This document shows positions 17,734-20,000 of a stretch of DNA of 20,000 nt, in pieces; the stretch's first letter is position 1; every line of letters begins with the position of its first letter. The notes beneath the pieces are model-generated. The model was not told the origin of the DNA, did not search any database, and worked only from the letters and a program-made list of their open reading frames with translations. Source of the stretch: an uncultured virus (IMG/VR IMGVR_UViG_2690315780_000001). Its lineage: Duplodnaviria > Heunggongvirae > Uroviricota > Caudoviricetes. The DNA lies in the IMG/VR virus record IMGVR_UViG_2690315780_000001, positions 51,461 through 71,460 of that record; one strand, 5' to 3'. Position numbers and translations under genes: made by a program.

Positions 17734-18393
17734 ATGAGAAACAAAATGCATACCCGAATTAGAGAGCGTCGATTGCAATTAGCTTTAACACAAGAGTCAT
17801 TAGCAAAGATGTTAAGTGTCAGCCGAGTTTCTATTACAAAATGGGAAACCCAAGTCACCGAGCCCGACGGGGAAAACTTACAAATGCTGGCTAAAGTTCT
17901 TGAAGTTTCACCCGAATGGTTACTTTATGGTGGAACATCATCCGATGCTGATGCATTAATAATCACACGCAAGACAATGAATATTCGTCAAATTCCCGTT
18001 ATCACACTAGAGCAAACCATTGATTGGAATGCACGTTATGAAACATTAAGATTAAGTGATATTCAAACTTGGTGTTATGCAACAGTACCTGTTTCTGAGC
18101 AGGCTTATGGGCTTGTGTATCAAGGTGAATCAATGACTAACCCTTACTCGCTCCCCTCCATACCAAAGGGTTCAACGATTATTATCGAGCCGGAATTTAA
18201 AAATAATATTGAATTATATGGAAAAATAATCATCGCGAAAAATTGTATTACCCATGATGTGGTAATTAAGAAATTGATATCAGAACCCCCTCATCTTTAT
18301 TTGGTTTCATTAAATACCGCCTTTACGCCTATATTATTAACTCATGATTATCAAATCATTGGTTATGTGATACAAATTATTCAAACACTTTAA
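17734..18393 (+). CDS. CI-like repressor (XRE HTH + S24 peptidase domain)
   Basis: LTQESLAKMLSVSRVSITKWE...VSPEWLLYG; S24 motifs GESM and VIKKL. Confidence 0.9.
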   Translation: MRNKMHTRIRERRLQLALTQESLAKMLSVSRVSITKWETQVTEPDGENLQMLAKVLEVSPEWLLYGGTSSDADALIITRKTMNIRQIPVITLEQTIDWNARYETLRLSDIQTWCYATVPVSEQAYGLVYQGESMTNPYSLPSIPKGSTIIIEPEFKNNIELYGKIIIAKNCITHDVVIKKLISEPPHLYLVSLNTAFTPILLTHDYQIIGYVIQIIQTL

Positions 18394-18410
18394 CTTATTT
18401 AGTTTAATTT

Positions 18411-18436
18411 ATTGAGCTGGATCACTTCAGCTCAAT
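18411..18436. terminator. 9-bp stem-loop after cI, possible terminator
   Basis: ATTGAGCTG-N8-CAGCTCAAT; no clear U tract. Confidence 0.45.
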
Positions 18437-18649
18437 ATGTACTTCCCCTCACAGTGTTATTGCCTATAAAGAAACATAGAGTACAATTAATCACAAGTAA
18501 CAAACACCCACGCATTTAAACGATAAGGGAATAAAAGACTATAAATATAATTACGTATTAATTAGTCATCAAATAAATACAGCATTCATTTATTTAAAAT
18601 AAAGGAATAATCATTATTAATTCATTTTTAATAATATAAGGAAAGAATA

Positions 18650-18892
18650 ATGCAAGTATTAACATTAAAAGAATGGGCTGAGAAACGATACAAAAGTCGT
18701 CCGCCGTCTCTCACCACATTAAGTCGCTATGCGCGATTAGGTTTTTTCTGCCCTCCCGCAAGGAAAGAAGGTGGCATGTGGCGAGTAAGAGAAGATGCGG
18801 ATTTAGTCGGCATGTTAGCTATCCCTTCAATCAATACCTTTGATGATCCAATATTAAGGAAGATACTGAAAGATGACCGGACGACCTCGTGA
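18650..18892 (+). CDS. xis: Excisionase
   Basis: LTLKEWAEKRYKSRPPSLTTLSRYAR...PPARKEGGMWRV; overlaps the int start; AAGGA RBS. Confidence 0.88.
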   Translation: MQVLTLKEWAEKRYKSRPPSLTTLSRYARLGFFCPPARKEGGMWRVREDADLVGMLAIPSINTFDDPILRKILKDDRTTS

Positions 18893-20000
18893 GAAGAACA
18901 TTGATATCCCCAATTTATATACAACGTATCATCCAAGAATGCGAAAAATGTATTGGCGATATCGTCACCCTATAACGGGTAAATTTCATTCCTTGGGCGC
19001 TGATGAAACTCAAGCGCGATTAATCGCCATCGAAGCCAATAGCCGTATTGCAGAGCAAAGAACGCGTCAAATTTTAGCCATCAGTGATCGCATTGCAACT
19101 GACAAAGATGAGTCGATTACGGTTGCCACATGGTTAGATCGTTATTGGAACATCCAAAAGGAGCGCTTAGATCAAGGAGAGATACAACTGGCCACCTATC
19201 GGCAAAAGAAAAAACCCATCGCCCTTATGCGCCAAAAATTAGCGTTGCTCCCATTAGCCAAAGTAGGCACTCGAGATTTGGTCAGTATTCTCGACGAGTA
19301 TAAAACGGCGGGACAATCGCGTATGGCACAGGTCGTTAGATCCGTTTTTAGTGATATTTTTAAAGAAGCACAACATGCGGGTGAAGTTCCACCAGGTTAT
19401 AACCCCGCATTGGCAACTAAAAGGCCAAAAACTCGGATAAAACGTCAAAGATTGACTTTAGATGAGTGGCATCAGATTTATGATTTAGCGGACAAGCAAC
19501 ATCGTTATATGGGTAATGCGATGCTCCTTGCTCTCGTAACAGGTCAGCGCATTAGCGATATCTCACGAATGCGTTTTCAAGATATTTGGGATGACCATTT
19601 ACATGTTGTTCAAGGAAAAACGGGGGCTAAAGTGGCCATTCCCCTTTCTTTACGCAATCAAGCCATCAATGTTTCACTTAAAGAAATCGTTGACCGCTGT
19701 CGTGATCGCGTGGTAAGCCACTATTTAATTCACTACTTTCGGAGTACATCACAAGGGCAACGAGGAGGCCCAGTCACCGCAAATACGATGACAACAAATT
19801 TCACCAAAGCAAGAAATAAAACTGATATTGATTGGGGTAAAGGAATGCCAGCCTCCTTTCATGAGCAACGTTCATTATCAGAACGTTTATATCGAAAACA
19901 GGGTATCGATACGCAAGCTTTATTAGGACATGCCACTCGAGCACAGACAGACCGTTATAATGATGTTCGTGGCAAAGAATGGATAACCATCGCGTGTTAA
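18873..20000 (+). CDS. int: Lambda-type tyrosine integrase, complete
   Basis: Arm-binding N-terminus (YWRYRHPITGK); catalytic R (GQRISD), K (QGKTG), HxxR (FHEQRS), H (LLGH), Y (DRYND); TAA at 19998-20000. Confidence 0.96.
   Translation: MTGRPREKNIDIPNLYTTYHPRMRKMYWRYRHPITGKFHSLGADETQARLIAIEANSRIAEQRTRQILAISDRIATDKDESITVATWLDRYWNIQKERLDQGEIQLATYRQKKKPIALMRQKLALLPLAKVGTRDLVSILDEYKTAGQSRMAQVVRSVFSDIFKEAQHAGEVPPGYNPALATKRPKTRIKRQRLTLDEWHQIYDLADKQHRYMGNAMLLALVTGQRISDISRMRFQDIWDDHLHVVQGKTGAKVAIPLSLRNQAINVSLKEIVDRCRDRVVSHYLIHYFRSTSQGQRGGPVTANTMTTNFTKARNKTDIDWGKGMPASFHEQRSLSERLYRKQGIDTQALLGHATRAQTDRYNDVRGKEWITIAC

Larger units (their letters stand above)
1..20000. mobile_element. Defective (cryptic) lambdoid prophage; continues beyond the left edge, att site expected beyond the right edge
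   Basis: Gene order int-xis-cI-rep-Q-lysis-cos-ter-portal-tail, with a portal frameshift and a head/tail deletion. Confidence 0.93.

Noticed and set aside
18727..19448. Minus-strand ORFs 18727-18936 and 19254-19448
   Set aside because: Antisense to xis/int
1..20000. CRISPR arrays, tRNA/rRNA genes, IS elements, att core
   Set aside because: None seen by eye; the att site should lie beyond the int stop, outside the window

Overview
AT-rich enterobacterial DNA (Proteus/Morganellaceae-like by my recall of the phage proteins, not verified) containing the integrase-proximal 20 kb of a defective lambdoid prophage. Reading right to left: int, xis and a cI-like repressor on the + strand, then a mostly minus-strand block with a replication initiator, antiterminator Q, a cluster of small regulators (two XRE paralogs, a convergent Ner-like gene, a wHTH protein), a secreted protein, a DNA methyltransferase, a SAR-type endolysin, a 52-aa membrane ORF and Rz/Rz1. 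Next come a lambda-like cos site flanked by two accessory genes, terS, terL, gpW, a frameshifted portal, and a ClpP-type protease fragment joined by deletion to the 3' part of the tape-measure gene. The window ends with tail genes M, L and K, with a three-gene low-GC cassette between M and L. Capsid, connector and tail-tube genes, cro/cII, the early-left operon and a recognisable holin are missing. The best candidates for new biology are the M-L cassette (membrane protein with a GAF-like domain plus a coupled small ORF), a P-loop gene inserted between cos and terS, and an intact cos/terminase module on a capsid-less element.
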